This document shows, piece by piece, positions 27,861 to 37,765 of a DNA stretch of 41,513 nucleotides. Each line of letters starts with the position of its first letter. Position 1 is the first letter of the stretch. Source of the stretch: an archaeon (GTDB lineage: Archaea; Nanobdellota; Nanobdellia; Pacearchaeales; GW2011-AR1); NCBI GenBank assembly GCA_043817815.1, contig JBDRGM010000017.1, forward strand, positions 1 to 41,513, read 5' to 3'. Under the pieces are notes generated by a model. It was given only the letters and a program-made list of their open reading frames with translations, was not told the DNA's origin and did not search any database. Both the position numbers and the translations under genes were made by a program.

Positions 27861-28703
27861 TTAAACTCCAAAAAATAAATTAGCTCCTGTAAAAACTAAA
27901 AATGAAAGTAACATTAATGCAAAAGAATGTTTTATTCCTGATTTTATACTTCCTTCTGCTAATTTTCCTATTGTTAGTCCACTAAAAAGTCCTTGAATAA
28001 TAAGCATGTATAAAAATGCATTAGCCAATTCTTGTTGACTTACTCCTGGTTCTGAAAAACTTCCAATTCCAATACCACCAGATACTCCTATATTTGCAAT
28101 GTTTGATACCATTGGAAGTATTTTGAATTGCATTATTAAGATAATTATCATAAATACAACGAAAATAATATACCCCTGGACAACTAATGTGGATATTGCT
28201 GCTTTTCTTTCTTTTTTTAATTTATCTGATATATTTACAGCTTCTGCAACAGATTCCAGTATTTCTCCTATGTCTCCTCCTGATCTTTCTGCTTGCCCAA
28301 TCAATTTTAATGCTCTTGAAATACTTCTGCTGTTCACATCTTTTGAAAATGTCTCAAGAGCAGAATTTAAAGGAATTCCTAGTGAGATTTGATTAGCTAA
28401 TTTTTCAATATTTTCACTTAAGACACCATAGGATTTCTTTTTTATATTAATTATGCTTTTACCTACAGGAGTTCCGGTTTTTACACTTTCTACTAAATTA
28501 CGGGCAAATTCTAAAAACATCTCTTCTTTTTCAGAAGCAACTTTTGTTTCATATATTATTGAAAAAATAAAAGGAGAAATTCCTATCAAAAATCCAATAC
28601 CAATCATAAAAAAGAAAATTTTAGTTTCAATTAAAAATAAAGAAGAGACTATAATAATTAATGATAAAATAATTCCAATCCAGTGTATTTTTTTTATCTC
28701 CAT
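27861..28703 (-). CDS. type IV pilus platform protein, short form (copy 2)
   Basis: T2SSF motifs; homolog of 1669..2499. Confidence 0.88.
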   Translation of the reverse strand: MEIKKIHWIGIILSLIIIVSSLFLIETKIFFFMIGIGFLIGISPFIFSIIYETKVASEKEEMFLEFARNLVESVKTGTPVGKSIINIKKKSYGVLSENIEKLANQISLGIPLNSALETFSKDVNSRSISRALKLIGQAERSGGDIGEILESVAEAVNISDKLKKERKAAISTLVVQGYIIFVVFMIIILIMQFKILPMVSNIANIGVSGGIGIGSFSEPGVSQQELANAFLYMLIIQGLFSGLTIGKLAEGSIKSGIKHSFALMLLSFLVFTGANLFFGV

Positions 28704-28711
28704 CTTTTATA

Positions 28712-30016
28712 TTATCCTGTAGGTTGTTTTAAATGTAAAAATGTTAGAAAAACAAAATTTATTAAGGAAACACCTAAAATCATCATTAAAGTGATTATTG
28801 AAGTGCTAAGTGAAATTCCAAGTCCACTTATTTTCATCATTATTACTAAAAGCATTAAAATCATTGGAGCAGCAATAACAACACTAATATAAATATCCAT
28901 AAATGTTTCAGCAGATTTTGTATATTTTTCTCTTTCAAGTTTATATTCAAAGAGCAAACTTTGGGATCTTTTTTCAAAAAATTCTCTAAGATCTCCTCCA
29001 GAGGTTATAGTTGTTGCAAGACCATTAAATAATTCTGAAAGTTTTTTACTGGGGCTGTTAAATGCTATACTTCTCAATGCACTAACTAAATCATATCCAT
29101 AAATATTTATCTCGTTTATTAATTTTGTAAATTCTTTTTCAAGACAAGGATATTCCTTTGTTGAAATTATTATGCTAAATATTTTACTGGGGTCAATCAT
29201 TGAACCAGAAATGGCAGACATGTTTATTGTTGCAAAAGGCAGTTCTTGGTCAATTTTATTTGCAAGAGATTTTTTTTCAATTGAAGGATAAAAATACATA
29301 AACAAAAAAATTCCAATAGGAAGTGCAAATAAAATCCAAAAAACTTTAAAAAATCTAGTAACAATATTCTCAGTAACTTTTGTTATAATTGGAAAAGTAG
29401 CTCCAAAATTAAAGAATAAAAAGAATAAAAAAAGACATGCCCCAAATATTACAGATAATAAAGTTGTAAATAAAATTGTGGAAATATAAGTTATAGGAAT
29501 AAATTGCAAGTTAGTTTTTTTTAAGTCTCTATTCAGTGTTCTAAAAAAATCTTTCTTAGAGAGAGATGATGAGAAATCAAAAAAGATTTTATTAGCAATT
29601 TTTACATATATGCTTGGTTTTTTTAATCTTTTTTCTTTAATCTTTTCTTTTCTTCCTTTCATTCTTTTTAGTGTTTTTCTTTCAAGATTTGAAAGCTCTG
29701 ATTTCTTTATCAATCTGCTTATGAAAGGAATTTTTTGTTTTAGTTTAGGTTGTTCAATCTCTCTTTTTATTGTTTGACTTGGAAGATTAGAATGCAAGGG
29801 ATTTATAAAAAGTACTCTTTGTAAAATCATTGGAATTTCTTTATTTGTTTTTCTTAATAAGTCTACTAAAGATTTTAATTGATTAAAGATAATTTCTTTT
29901 TCTTGCACATTCTTTTCTTCTAGATTTTTTGAAAGAGAAACAATTTCAGTCATTATCTTTTTTTCTTTTAATAATGTTTCCTTTAATTTAATAAAAGAAT
30001 CTTTGTTTTCTTTCAT
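28712..30016 (-). CDS. tadC: type IV pilus platform protein TadC/PilC, long form (copy 2)
   Basis: IDQELPFA, FNSPSKKLSELFNGLATTITSGGD; homolog of 384..1667. Confidence 0.88.
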   Translation of the reverse strand: MKENKDSFIKLKETLLKEKKIMTEIVSLSKNLEEKNVQEKEIIFNQLKSLVDLLRKTNKEIPMILQRVLFINPLHSNLPSQTIKREIEQPKLKQKIPFISRLIKKSELSNLERKTLKRMKGRKEKIKEKRLKKPSIYVKIANKIFFDFSSSLSKKDFFRTLNRDLKKTNLQFIPITYISTILFTTLLSVIFGACLFLFFLFFNFGATFPIITKVTENIVTRFFKVFWILFALPIGIFLFMYFYPSIEKKSLANKIDQELPFATINMSAISGSMIDPSKIFSIIISTKEYPCLEKEFTKLINEINIYGYDLVSALRSIAFNSPSKKLSELFNGLATTITSGGDLREFFEKRSQSLLFEYKLEREKYTKSAETFMDIYISVVIAAPMILMLLVIMMKISGLGISLSTSIITLMMILGVSLINFVFLTFLHLKQPTG

Positions 30017-30198
30017 TTTATGACCTCAGAAATTTTTTTCTGTATTGCAAGAACGAATTTTTTTAATTTATTAAAATTGTGATAATCTTTTTTTTCATAT
30101 GTTTCATCTAATTTTAATACAGTTTGTTCAATAGTTTTAGCTAATTGATCTAAGAAGATAATCTCTTCTTTATTAAAAACTCTTGCCTCTTTTTTCAT
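30013..30198 (-). CDS. small conserved helical protein coupled to tadC (copy 2)
   Basis: Homolog of 220..387; ATGA overlap. Confidence 0.8.
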   Translation of the reverse strand: MKKEARVFNKEEIIFLDQLAKTIEQTVLKLDETYEKKDYHNFNKLKKFVLAIQKKISEVIK

Positions 30199-30265
30199 GA
30201 ATAAATAAAAGAAATTGTCTATAAAAAACTTCTTGTTGCAGAAACTCTAAAAAATTATTAAATAT

Positions 30266-31858
30266 TTATACTACAGTAACAGTTGTCTGGCCTTTTGTGG
30301 TTGTATCAACAGTTTCTCCTTCAAACATGTAAATACCATCAAAAACATAATTACCTGTTGTTGCAGGTGCTTGTACTGTGTATGTGAAAGGATCTTGTCT
30401 AGGACCAGTTACACCTTCAATCCATACCCATCTATATGTATTTGACGCATCTGGGAGTCCTGTACTTCCACTTGTGACAACCCACCCACTTGGTATATAT
30501 TCTTCAATTGCATAAAATGTTTCTCCACTTATAATAGTAACATCAATCATAACATCTATTTGAGCACCAGTAGAAACTGTTGTTGATGAAAAGCTTCTAG
30601 TAACTTGCGATTCAGTTTGAGTCAAACACTGGCTTCCTGACCATGAACAGCTTCCTAAATTACAAGGGTCATCAATACATGTTGTCTGGTCATTGTCATA
30701 AGACTCACAAGTTGCACCACCACATGAATTACATTCATCAACTAATATTCTGTCTATGAAATAACAACTATCACCAGTGCAAGAATAACATTCTGGCCTG
30801 TCACATATGTTAAATAATCCATCACCACAAGTATCACATGTCGTGCATGTTGGGTTTTCACAGGTTGCATCACAACACCTTGTTGTATCTGAGGCAGGTA
30901 TTGTGTTTCCTGAACAATACTGCTCTCCTGTACATGTAGTTCCTCCTATTTGTGCACATGTTCCAAGAGGTTGTGTTACAGTTAATTGGTTGCTGCTTGT
31001 TATGGTCTCACTCTCGCCAACAACTGTCGCAATAAAATAATATTCTGGGTCACTGCTTACATCATCTTGCCATTCTGCTGTCCATATACCTGTAGCACTA
31101 TTTCCAGTAAATATAACATTAACAGGATTAATTGATACAGGGTCGTCACCAACTAAATCATCTTCCCAAACTTCAAATGAAATAGTTTGTCCATCACAAT
31201 CTGTTCCAATAATATTTAAATTTACTGCAGTACCTTCAACAACAGATGTTTGACTCCAAGTAGCTGAAGTTAAATCACAAGGATTAGTTCCAATTATACA
31301 GGTTCCAGATGAGCAATATTCACCACTTCCACAACCAGGAGGACAAGTTCCTGCACAACCATCACTTCCACATTCTTTACCTGTACAATCTGCTGTGCAA
31401 CTTTGACTACTAATTCCTTTAAGTCTGTAAGTACTTATAATACGTCCAATAATTATTTTTCCAGATTTAGTTTTATACATTGGTGCAACTGAAATTGTTT
31501 CAACATTAGAAAGATTTAATTGATTTAAAACAAAACTAAAACCTCTTTGTCCTAATTCTTCCAAATTTATATTTGTTTCCTCAAGAATCTCAGAATTAAA
31601 CCCGTCATTAAATATAAATTTTATTCCTGTTAATTCTCCTTTTCCTGCATTTCTTTTTATATTCATTGAAATATTTTCTGTTCCAACACTAACATCTTTA
31701 ATATCTAAATCAAGTGTAAATTGTCCTAATTCTATTTCTTCACTTCCAGTTTCAATAACATTTCTTATAACAATCCAGACAATTCCTACTGCAACCAAGA
31801 CTAACAAGATTATAATTAAACTAGTAATGACTGTTGATAACCCTCTTTTATTTTTCAT
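30266..31858 (-). CDS. pilin-anchored multi-domain Cys-rich adhesin-like protein
   Basis: KRG|LSTVITSLIII class III signal, pilin domain, Cys modules, C-terminal Ig-like region. Confidence 0.75.
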   Translation of the reverse strand: MKNKRGLSTVITSLIIILLVLVAVGIVWIVIRNVIETGSEEIELGQFTLDLDIKDVSVGTENISMNIKRNAGKGELTGIKFIFNDGFNSEILEETNINLEELGQRGFSFVLNQLNLSNVETISVAPMYKTKSGKIIIGRIISTYRLKGISSQSCTADCTGKECGSDGCAGTCPPGCGSGEYCSSGTCIIGTNPCDLTSATWSQTSVVEGTAVNLNIIGTDCDGQTISFEVWEDDLVGDDPVSINPVNVIFTGNSATGIWTAEWQDDVSSDPEYYFIATVVGESETITSSNQLTVTQPLGTCAQIGGTTCTGEQYCSGNTIPASDTTRCCDATCENPTCTTCDTCGDGLFNICDRPECYSCTGDSCYFIDRILVDECNSCGGATCESYDNDQTTCIDDPCNLGSCSWSGSQCLTQTESQVTRSFSSTTVSTGAQIDVMIDVTIISGETFYAIEEYIPSGWVVTSGSTGLPDASNTYRWVWIEGVTGPRQDPFTYTVQAPATTGNYVFDGIYMFEGETVDTTTKGQTTVTVV

Positions 31859-31919
31859 CGCAATAATATTAAGAAAAATGTATTTATAAAATTATTGTTT
31901 TATCATTCAATACCCAATA

Positions 31920-33479
31920 TCATTTAATACCCAATCTCTTCAAAACTTCTTCTGGTTTTTTATAATATTCATTGATTATATCTTGGACTTCTTTAAATTT
32001 AAAAATTTTATTTTGATGCAGTTTATATATTAATTGTACTCTTTTTCTAAATTCTAAATCAAGTTCTTCAAGTCTAAGTCCATATCTGCTTGCTATTTTT
32101 TCAAATATCTTGCTATTTTTTTTAAAATAAAATTGGTTGTCAGAAGGATTCCAGACATAAGGAGTATTTGTTATTGCAATACCATCTGGAGTTACATTTA
32201 CAATCTCTACAATTTGCTTAAGTTTTCTTGTTTCTTGTTTGTTTACAATTGCATGAGTCATTATACCCACACAATCGAGAATATTTACTAATGTTGGAGA
32301 AAGTTCAATCGGAGGTGTTTCCAATCTTTTTATTACTGTGTCAACAGAATCAGCGTGCATAGTGCTTATAGAAGAATGGCCTGAAGCCATACCCTGAAAC
32401 AAAACAAATGCTTCTTTACCTCTTACTTCACCAACAATTACATAATCAGGATTTTGTCTAAAGGAACTTCTTAATAAAGTGAACAAATCTATCTCTCCTA
32501 CCTGTTTTGTTCCAATAGCATTTCTGACAACACTTGGAATCCAGTTTTCTCTTGGAAGATTTAATTCTCGTGTGTCTTCTATACTAACAACCCTTGCTTC
32601 AGGAGGAATAAAAAAAGCAACAGCATTTAATAATGTAGTTTTTCCAGAAGCAGTTCCTCCTGTAATTAAAATATTCATTTTATACTGGATTAATAACCAA
32701 AGATAAGCGAGCATTTCAGCACTTAAAGTATTTAGAGATAACAATTGTGTAGGAGTCCAAGGAGTTTTTGTGAATTTTCTTATTGTAAATGTTGGTCCTC
32801 TACTTGTAATATCTTTTGTGTAAGTTGCATTTACTCTGCTTCCATCAGGCAAACTTCCATCTAAAATAGGTGCAGCATAAGAAATGTGCTTTTCACATCT
32901 TTGAGAAAGTTTTTCAATGAAATTTGCAAGTTTATCTGCATCCTTAAATAAAATATTTGTTTTGATATTTCTATAAATTCTATGAACAATATAAATATGA
33001 CTATCAACACCATTACATTCAATGTCTTCAACAAAATAATCTCTTAATAGAGGTTCTATTTCATTAAATCCTATAAAATCCCTACAAAGATAATAGAATA
33101 TTTTCCTATAAGTTTCATAAGAGATATCTATTCCAAGTTCAATTGTCAAAAACTTTAATCTATTATCAATATATTCTATTAATTTTTGTTTATTGTCTTC
33201 AATGATAATTTCATAATCAATCATATCTCTCATAACAGAAGTTATCTGTTCTTTATATTGAAATTCTTGTTTATTTAATAATGGCTCTTCGATATTATAT
33301 ACCAGTTCATATATTTTTGAATCCCAATAAATATGCACAAAAGCAAAGGGTGCAATTAAACAATATCTAACATTAATTTTTGTTTTATCTTTTATTTTTC
33401 TTAGAGGAGGAATGTTTGGAGAGAAATCTATTGAAGGTCTTTGATAATTTTGTATTTGCTGTTTAATTTTTGTTTCCAT
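31920..33479 (-). CDS. type IV pilus assembly ATPase (PilB/FlaI/VirB11-like)
   Basis: Walker A GGTASGKT, EDTREL, RQNPDYVIVGEVRG, GH...TMHA, LPDGSRVNA. Confidence 0.95.
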   Translation of the reverse strand: METKIKQQIQNYQRPSIDFSPNIPPLRKIKDKTKINVRYCLIAPFAFVHIYWDSKIYELVYNIEEPLLNKQEFQYKEQITSVMRDMIDYEIIIEDNKQKLIEYIDNRLKFLTIELGIDISYETYRKIFYYLCRDFIGFNEIEPLLRDYFVEDIECNGVDSHIYIVHRIYRNIKTNILFKDADKLANFIEKLSQRCEKHISYAAPILDGSLPDGSRVNATYTKDITSRGPTFTIRKFTKTPWTPTQLLSLNTLSAEMLAYLWLLIQYKMNILITGGTASGKTTLLNAVAFFIPPEARVVSIEDTRELNLPRENWIPSVVRNAIGTKQVGEIDLFTLLRSSFRQNPDYVIVGEVRGKEAFVLFQGMASGHSSISTMHADSVDTVIKRLETPPIELSPTLVNILDCVGIMTHAIVNKQETRKLKQIVEIVNVTPDGIAITNTPYVWNPSDNQFYFKKNSKIFEKIASRYGLRLEELDLEFRKRVQLIYKLHQNKIFKFKEVQDIINEYYKKPEEVLKRLGIK

Positions 33480-33482
33480 CTT

Positions 33483-34022
33483 TTAAGTAAGTTCTACATC
33501 TATTATTGTTTTATTTAAAATATCCTCTTTACCCTTGTTTGAGATTAGTAATTTATAAGGCATTGAAGCCTTAGTTAGAGATTTTATCTTTTCCTCTCCT
33601 TGATATTTTAAATCATATTGTGAACTATAATCTTTTGTTAAAGTTACATTATTAAATTTTCCTATTTTTTCTGTATGTATATTTATTCCAGTAGTGCTTT
33701 CTTGAATATCCTGTCCAGGTTCACTATACTCGTATTTGCTTTCTATTTCAAAGATAATTCTATCATTAATAGCATCTATTTTTAGATTTCCTTTATTTAT
33801 TCCTAATTCAACTATCCTTTGATTTCCCGAAGCTCTTTTAATATCTGAAATAAGTGAGTTGATATTTTTAAGAACATCTAAAGATTGTTCAATAATAGCT
33901 TTATCCTGAACTTCTTCTATTCTTGGTTTTACAACAGAAAGAACTAATCCAATCATAGCAATAGCAATTAAAGTATAAATTACTGTTTCAATCCAAATCT
34001 GAGCTTTTTTATTAAAAAACAT
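33483..34022 (-). CDS. pilin-like protein
   Basis: KKA|QIWIETVIY class III signal. Confidence 0.75.
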   Translation of the reverse strand: MFFNKKAQIWIETVIYTLIAIAMIGLVLSVVKPRIEEVQDKAIIEQSLDVLKNINSLISDIKRASGNQRIVELGINKGNLKIDAINDRIIFEIESKYEYSEPGQDIQESTTGINIHTEKIGKFNNVTLTKDYSSQYDLKYQGEEKIKSLTKASMPYKLLISNKGKEDILNKTIIDVELT

Positions 34023-34114
34023 TTTTCCTCTTTTTATTAGACATACATTTTATTAAATATGATTTGCTTTATAATATTTTCTGAATAAGATGCTTTTGTA
34101 TTTTTTCAATAAAA

Positions 34115-34145
34115 ATTTACAGAATTAACATTTACAGAATTAACA
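34115..34145. repeat. 15-bp tandem duplication spanning a stop codon
   Basis: atttacagaattaac x2. Confidence 0.7.
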
Positions 34146-34625
34146 ATTACCAATTTCATACAATGAATCAGTGATTTCGCAAATTGTTTCACTTATAACA
34201 GGGGCTATTTCAATTGAATTAGGTTTATTTGAAAAATTTGTTAAATATGTTAAACCTGCATTTTTTTCTGGAAGATTAATTAAAGTATCATAAAGTCCTC
34301 CATAGGTTCTAAGGTCACTATAACTCTTACCATTTTCTATTTCAATTCTTTTTGAATTTTCTGCATCAGAAATTAAGACAATAATTTTGTCCACATTTAT
34401 TTCACCAATGTCTATGGAAAATTGAAACTCTCCAGAACTAGAATTATAGCAAGTATATTTGTTATTGATTCCAACTTTTTCAAAAATTCCCAAACAAGAT
34501 TCAGTTTTTTCAACTCCTTTTTCAACAAAATTTATTACTGCAACCCAAATAATACCTATTGAGGTTATAACTAATACAATCATAATCATAACACTAACAA
34601 CCAGAGAAAGCCCTCTTCTTTTCAT
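34140..34625 (-). CDS. archaeal type IV pilin
   Basis: RRG|LSLVVSVMIMI class III signal. Confidence 0.8.
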   Translation of the reverse strand: MKRRGLSLVVSVMIMIVLVITSIGIIWVAVINFVEKGVEKTESCLGIFEKVGINNKYTCYNSSSGEFQFSIDIGEINVDKIIVLISDAENSKRIEIENGKSYSDLRTYGGLYDTLINLPEKNAGLTYLTNFSNKPNSIEIAPVISETICEITDSLYEIGNC

Positions 34626-34711
34626 TAAAATAAAAAAGAAATGTTGTTAATAAATTTAACTATCTTATTTTTATTTTCTATAAAAGTCCATAAACAATTT
34701 ACAGGGATAAT

Positions 34712-35776
34712 TTAACTCAAATCTAAATTATATAATGCTTTAACTTGTTCTTCTGACAATGCTCTGTTGAATATCATTGGTTCGTCTATTGTACCATCGA
34801 ACTTTTGATTAGAATTGCCTCCTATCATGAGATTCGTAGTTGCTTGTACCGGAGGAGTTATAGAACCTCCTCCATCAGGATTACCGTCTAAATAAAAAGT
34901 TACTTGTCCAGAAGAGACTACTACAGTAACATGATAGAAAACATTATTAGATAGCGCGGTATTTGCAGTTCTGTATGTTGATGTTCCACTTTGGTCATTT
35001 CTAAAGATAGGTTTTTGATTATGTCCATCCACTCTCCATATAAACCCCGAAACTTGATATATTTCTGAGCCCATAATTTCCCAATTATCAGATACAGGAG
35101 GGAAAGGGTCTGCTGAAATTTTTATCCATGCTACTAAAGTTTTATCTCCAGTTAATTTTAAACTAGAATCACTTCCAGTATCTATATAATTACTGCTTCC
35201 ATCAAAATCACAAGCCTTTCCAAACTTCCCATCAACATTGCAGTTAGCTCCTATTATTGTTCCATCATTATTTCCTATTTCATCATTTGCATTTCCGTCT
35301 AATTTCCACCATGAAACAGCTCCCATGTTTTCAATGATTTCTTTATTTGAAAAAACTTTTTTATCAATCTCATTTCCAACAGAGTCTTTTCCAGAGCCTG
35401 ACTTTAAAATTGGAGCAATTGAAATCTCTTTGACTAAACCAGTATAATTTAATGTGAATGTTGTTTCTCCTAATTCTCCAATATTTGTAGGCTCTTCAAA
35501 TTCCTGCACATTAATTCCATCACCAATTAAAAATTTTATTCCTGTTAATTCTCCCTGCCCTGGATTTCTTTTAACTTTAACATCAATATCTCCAGGATTA
35601 ACACTAACATCTTTGATTTTCAAATCAATCATGAATTTTCCCAGAGAAACCTGTTCTGCACCTTCAGAGATAACATTTCTTATAACAACCCAGACAATTC
35701 CTACTGCAACCAAGACTAACAAGATTATAATTAAACTAGTAATGACTGTTGATAACCCTTTTTTATTAGGTGTCAT
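34712..35776 (-). CDS. type IV pilin fused to a LamG domain
   Basis: KKG|LSTVITSLIII; SWWKLDGNAND, TLVAWIK, YHVTVV, FYLDG, FDGTIDEPMIFNRALS. Confidence 0.85.
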   Translation of the reverse strand: MTPNKKGLSTVITSLIIILLVLVAVGIVWVVIRNVISEGAEQVSLGKFMIDLKIKDVSVNPGDIDVKVKRNPGQGELTGIKFLIGDGINVQEFEEPTNIGELGETTFTLNYTGLVKEISIAPILKSGSGKDSVGNEIDKKVFSNKEIIENMGAVSWWKLDGNANDEIGNNDGTIIGANCNVDGKFGKACDFDGSSNYIDTGSDSSLKLTGDKTLVAWIKISADPFPPVSDNWEIMGSEIYQVSGFIWRVDGHNQKPIFRNDQSGTSTYRTANTALSNNVFYHVTVVVSSGQVTFYLDGNPDGGGSITPPVQATTNLMIGGNSNQKFDGTIDEPMIFNRALSEEQVKALYNLDLS

Positions 35777-35782
35777 TTTAAA

Positions 35783-36229
35783 TTAGATAATAATCTCATA
35801 TCCATGCTGTTTTTCATTGCAGACAAATGTTCTGTCCCCTTTTTCAGAGCTACCTATTAACACAGGAATTAATATTATTTCTTCAGCACTTTCAACATCA
35901 CTATATATGTCTCCTGAAAAAGTTCCTCCTTGATTTAGTCCATCAAAACCTTTTAAATTAATAGTTCTGTGACTTTTTTCTTCTAAAACTCTTATTTTCA
36001 TTCCATATATAGGAACATCCCCTGAGTTAGAAATATATAATTCTCCTGAAGAATAACTTGCACTAAAATAAACATCGTCGCATATAAGCTGTATGTTTGT
36101 TCCATCAAATTTAGTTATTGATTCTTCAGTCATTCCTTTGAACCAGAAAAAAATAATTAATCCAATTACTACAACCATTGTAATTAATAGCACTGTAGCA
36201 ATAACTGGAGAAAGCCCTCTTTTTTTCAT
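35783..36229 (-). CDS. archaeal type IV pilin
   Basis: KRG|LSPVIATVLLI, canonical archaeal pilin N-terminus. Confidence 0.88.
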   Translation of the reverse strand: MKKRGLSPVIATVLLITMVVVIGLIIFFWFKGMTEESITKFDGTNIQLICDDVYFSASYSSGELYISNSGDVPIYGMKIRVLEEKSHRTINLKGFDGLNQGGTFSGDIYSDVESAEEIILIPVLIGSSEKGDRTFVCNEKQHGYEIII

Positions 36230-36275
36230 ATTTGTATCAAGTGTTTTCCCTTTTTAAATATTTTCTATTTAAATT

Positions 36276-36797
36276 TTAAGAAGAACAATAGATTGTATCT
36301 TTGATTTTTGATATTCCACAACTTAATGTTATCTTTTTATTGTCTTGTGTTTGCCATCTTATTGGGATTATTTCAACTGAATAGATTTGTCCAACAGCAC
36401 TTAAATTAAAGTTGTGTGCCTCCTCGCTGTTTGATTTAAAAGGATTATCTCCTATTCCGTTAAATATAACTGAATTCCCAACAGTATATTTATCATGAGA
36501 TTGAGATAAATCTTGTGTTGCCAACTCTTGTTCTTGAGATGTTGTACCATGTATAAAATATCCCCTGATATCAAATCTTCCATTATTCCTAAATGTTAAA
36601 CTTAATTGATTAGTGCTACAATTATAAGTGTAATCTTTTATAAATAAAGAAGTTTCATCAGGGCATTCTAATGAATCTCTTGGAACATATGTTTTTACCC
36701 ATTGATATACTATGGCTCCTATGATAACTGCAAAAGTTACTAATAAAACATATCCAATCATTATACTCACTGCTTTTTTGTTTTTTTTAATGTTCAT
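36276..36797 (-). CDS. archaeal type IV pilin
   Basis: KKA|VSIMIGYVLLV class III signal. Confidence 0.82.
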   Translation of the reverse strand: MNIKKNKKAVSIMIGYVLLVTFAVIIGAIVYQWVKTYVPRDSLECPDETSLFIKDYTYNCSTNQLSLTFRNNGRFDIRGYFIHGTTSQEQELATQDLSQSHDKYTVGNSVIFNGIGDNPFKSNSEEAHNFNLSAVGQIYSVEIIPIRWQTQDNKKITLSCGISKIKDTIYCSS

Positions 36798-36841
36798 TAT
36801 CTTAAGAAATTTAATTTTTGATTTTATTTGCTTGTGTCTAT

Positions 36842-37396
36842 TTAGCTTATATGAGTATCTTTTTCTTCACCATGAACATCAGAAATTATAAGATAAAGAT
36901 TATCTCCTTCATTTAATATAAAACTAAATTCCTCCTCTTCATCTCCATAATCGAGTATAATAACTATTTCTTTTACGTTTTCTTCTGGAATTGTTTCAGA
37001 AGTAATTGTCTTTTTTTTCAATAATATTTCATAGAAATCTGTCTGATCAAGTGCAATATTAGCAGATAAGATATCTTTTAATTGTTGATATCCCACAAAT
37101 ATTATATTTTCCTCATCTGCAAAAATATAATAATATTCATCTATTATTTCAGCGCCGAATTCTTCCTCAAAGCCTGCTATAAAACTTTCTAACATGCTTT
37201 CCATTCCTTCTGCATCTACTCCACTAATTATTCCATAATCTATAACATATGCACTTTCGATTTCTAATTCTTCTGCCAAGTCATAAATTTTTGTAGAACT
37301 TGTTGTTTTGGAATAATTTGTAATCACCACAAACCCAATAATTATCATGATAATCACAACTGCTCCTATTAAATAAAATTGTCCTCTCTCTTTCAT
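36842..37396 (-). CDS. pilin-like protein
   Basis: ERG|QFYLIGAVVI class III-type signal. Confidence 0.7.
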   Translation of the reverse strand: MKERGQFYLIGAVVIIMIIIGFVVITNYSKTTSSTKIYDLAEELEIESAYVIDYGIISGVDAEGMESMLESFIAGFEEEFGAEIIDEYYYIFADEENIIFVGYQQLKDILSANIALDQTDFYEILLKKKTITSETIPEENVKEIVIILDYGDEEEEFSFILNEGDNLYLIISDVHGEEKDTHIS

Positions 37397-37462
37397 AATA
37401 AAAATAATAGATAAGGGTTTATTAAAGTTACTATAAATTATTAATGTGGAAAAATATATCAG

Positions 37463-37722
37463 TGTAGACTCAGAGGTTTGCTCATAGATAATTAAAAAGC
37501 TACCTCTATTCTTCCTCGGCTTTGCGACCCACTAAGCACCTTAACAAATGTTTAGGGCTGCTCCGATCAAGGTCTGACCCGGTTTGCATATGCAAGATCA
37601 AAGCGGACAAAGCGTCAATGTCCAAACAAAGACTTTCCAACGCACTAATCACGCCCCTCGTTGCAGTCTGCCTAAAGCCCGTTTGCAAGTAGCGGAGGGC
37701 TAACCCGCCAACCTAGTCTACA
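37463..37722 (-). ncRNA. ffs: signal recognition particle (7S/SRP) RNA
   Basis: GC-rich island. Ends pair (UGUAGACU/AGUCUACA, helix 1). 5' GACUAGGUUGGCGGGUUAGCCCUCCGCU is Alu-like, helix 8 reads GGGUCAG...GGAGCAGCCC, and GGGUCGC...GAGGAAG follows as in archaeal 7S RNAs. TATA ~25 nt upstream. Confidence 0.82.
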
Positions 37723-37765
37723 AAAATACAGAGAAATAAGAGTATTTAAGATTGTTGGTTTAGGA

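Noticed and set aside
22619-35759. Diversity-generating retroelement or shufflon as the cause of the near-identical repeats
   Set aside because: Only one mismatch per pair, no adenine-specific mutation pattern, and no reverse transcriptase or recombinase in the window; the repeats are direct, not inverted.
31920-36797. Archaellum operon
   Set aside because: No arlH/flaH, arlF/G or archaellin-type genes; two TadC-like genes and pilin N-termini indicate a type IV pilus.
37506-37688. 60-aa ORF in the track
   Set aside because: Lies inside the SRP RNA; spurious.
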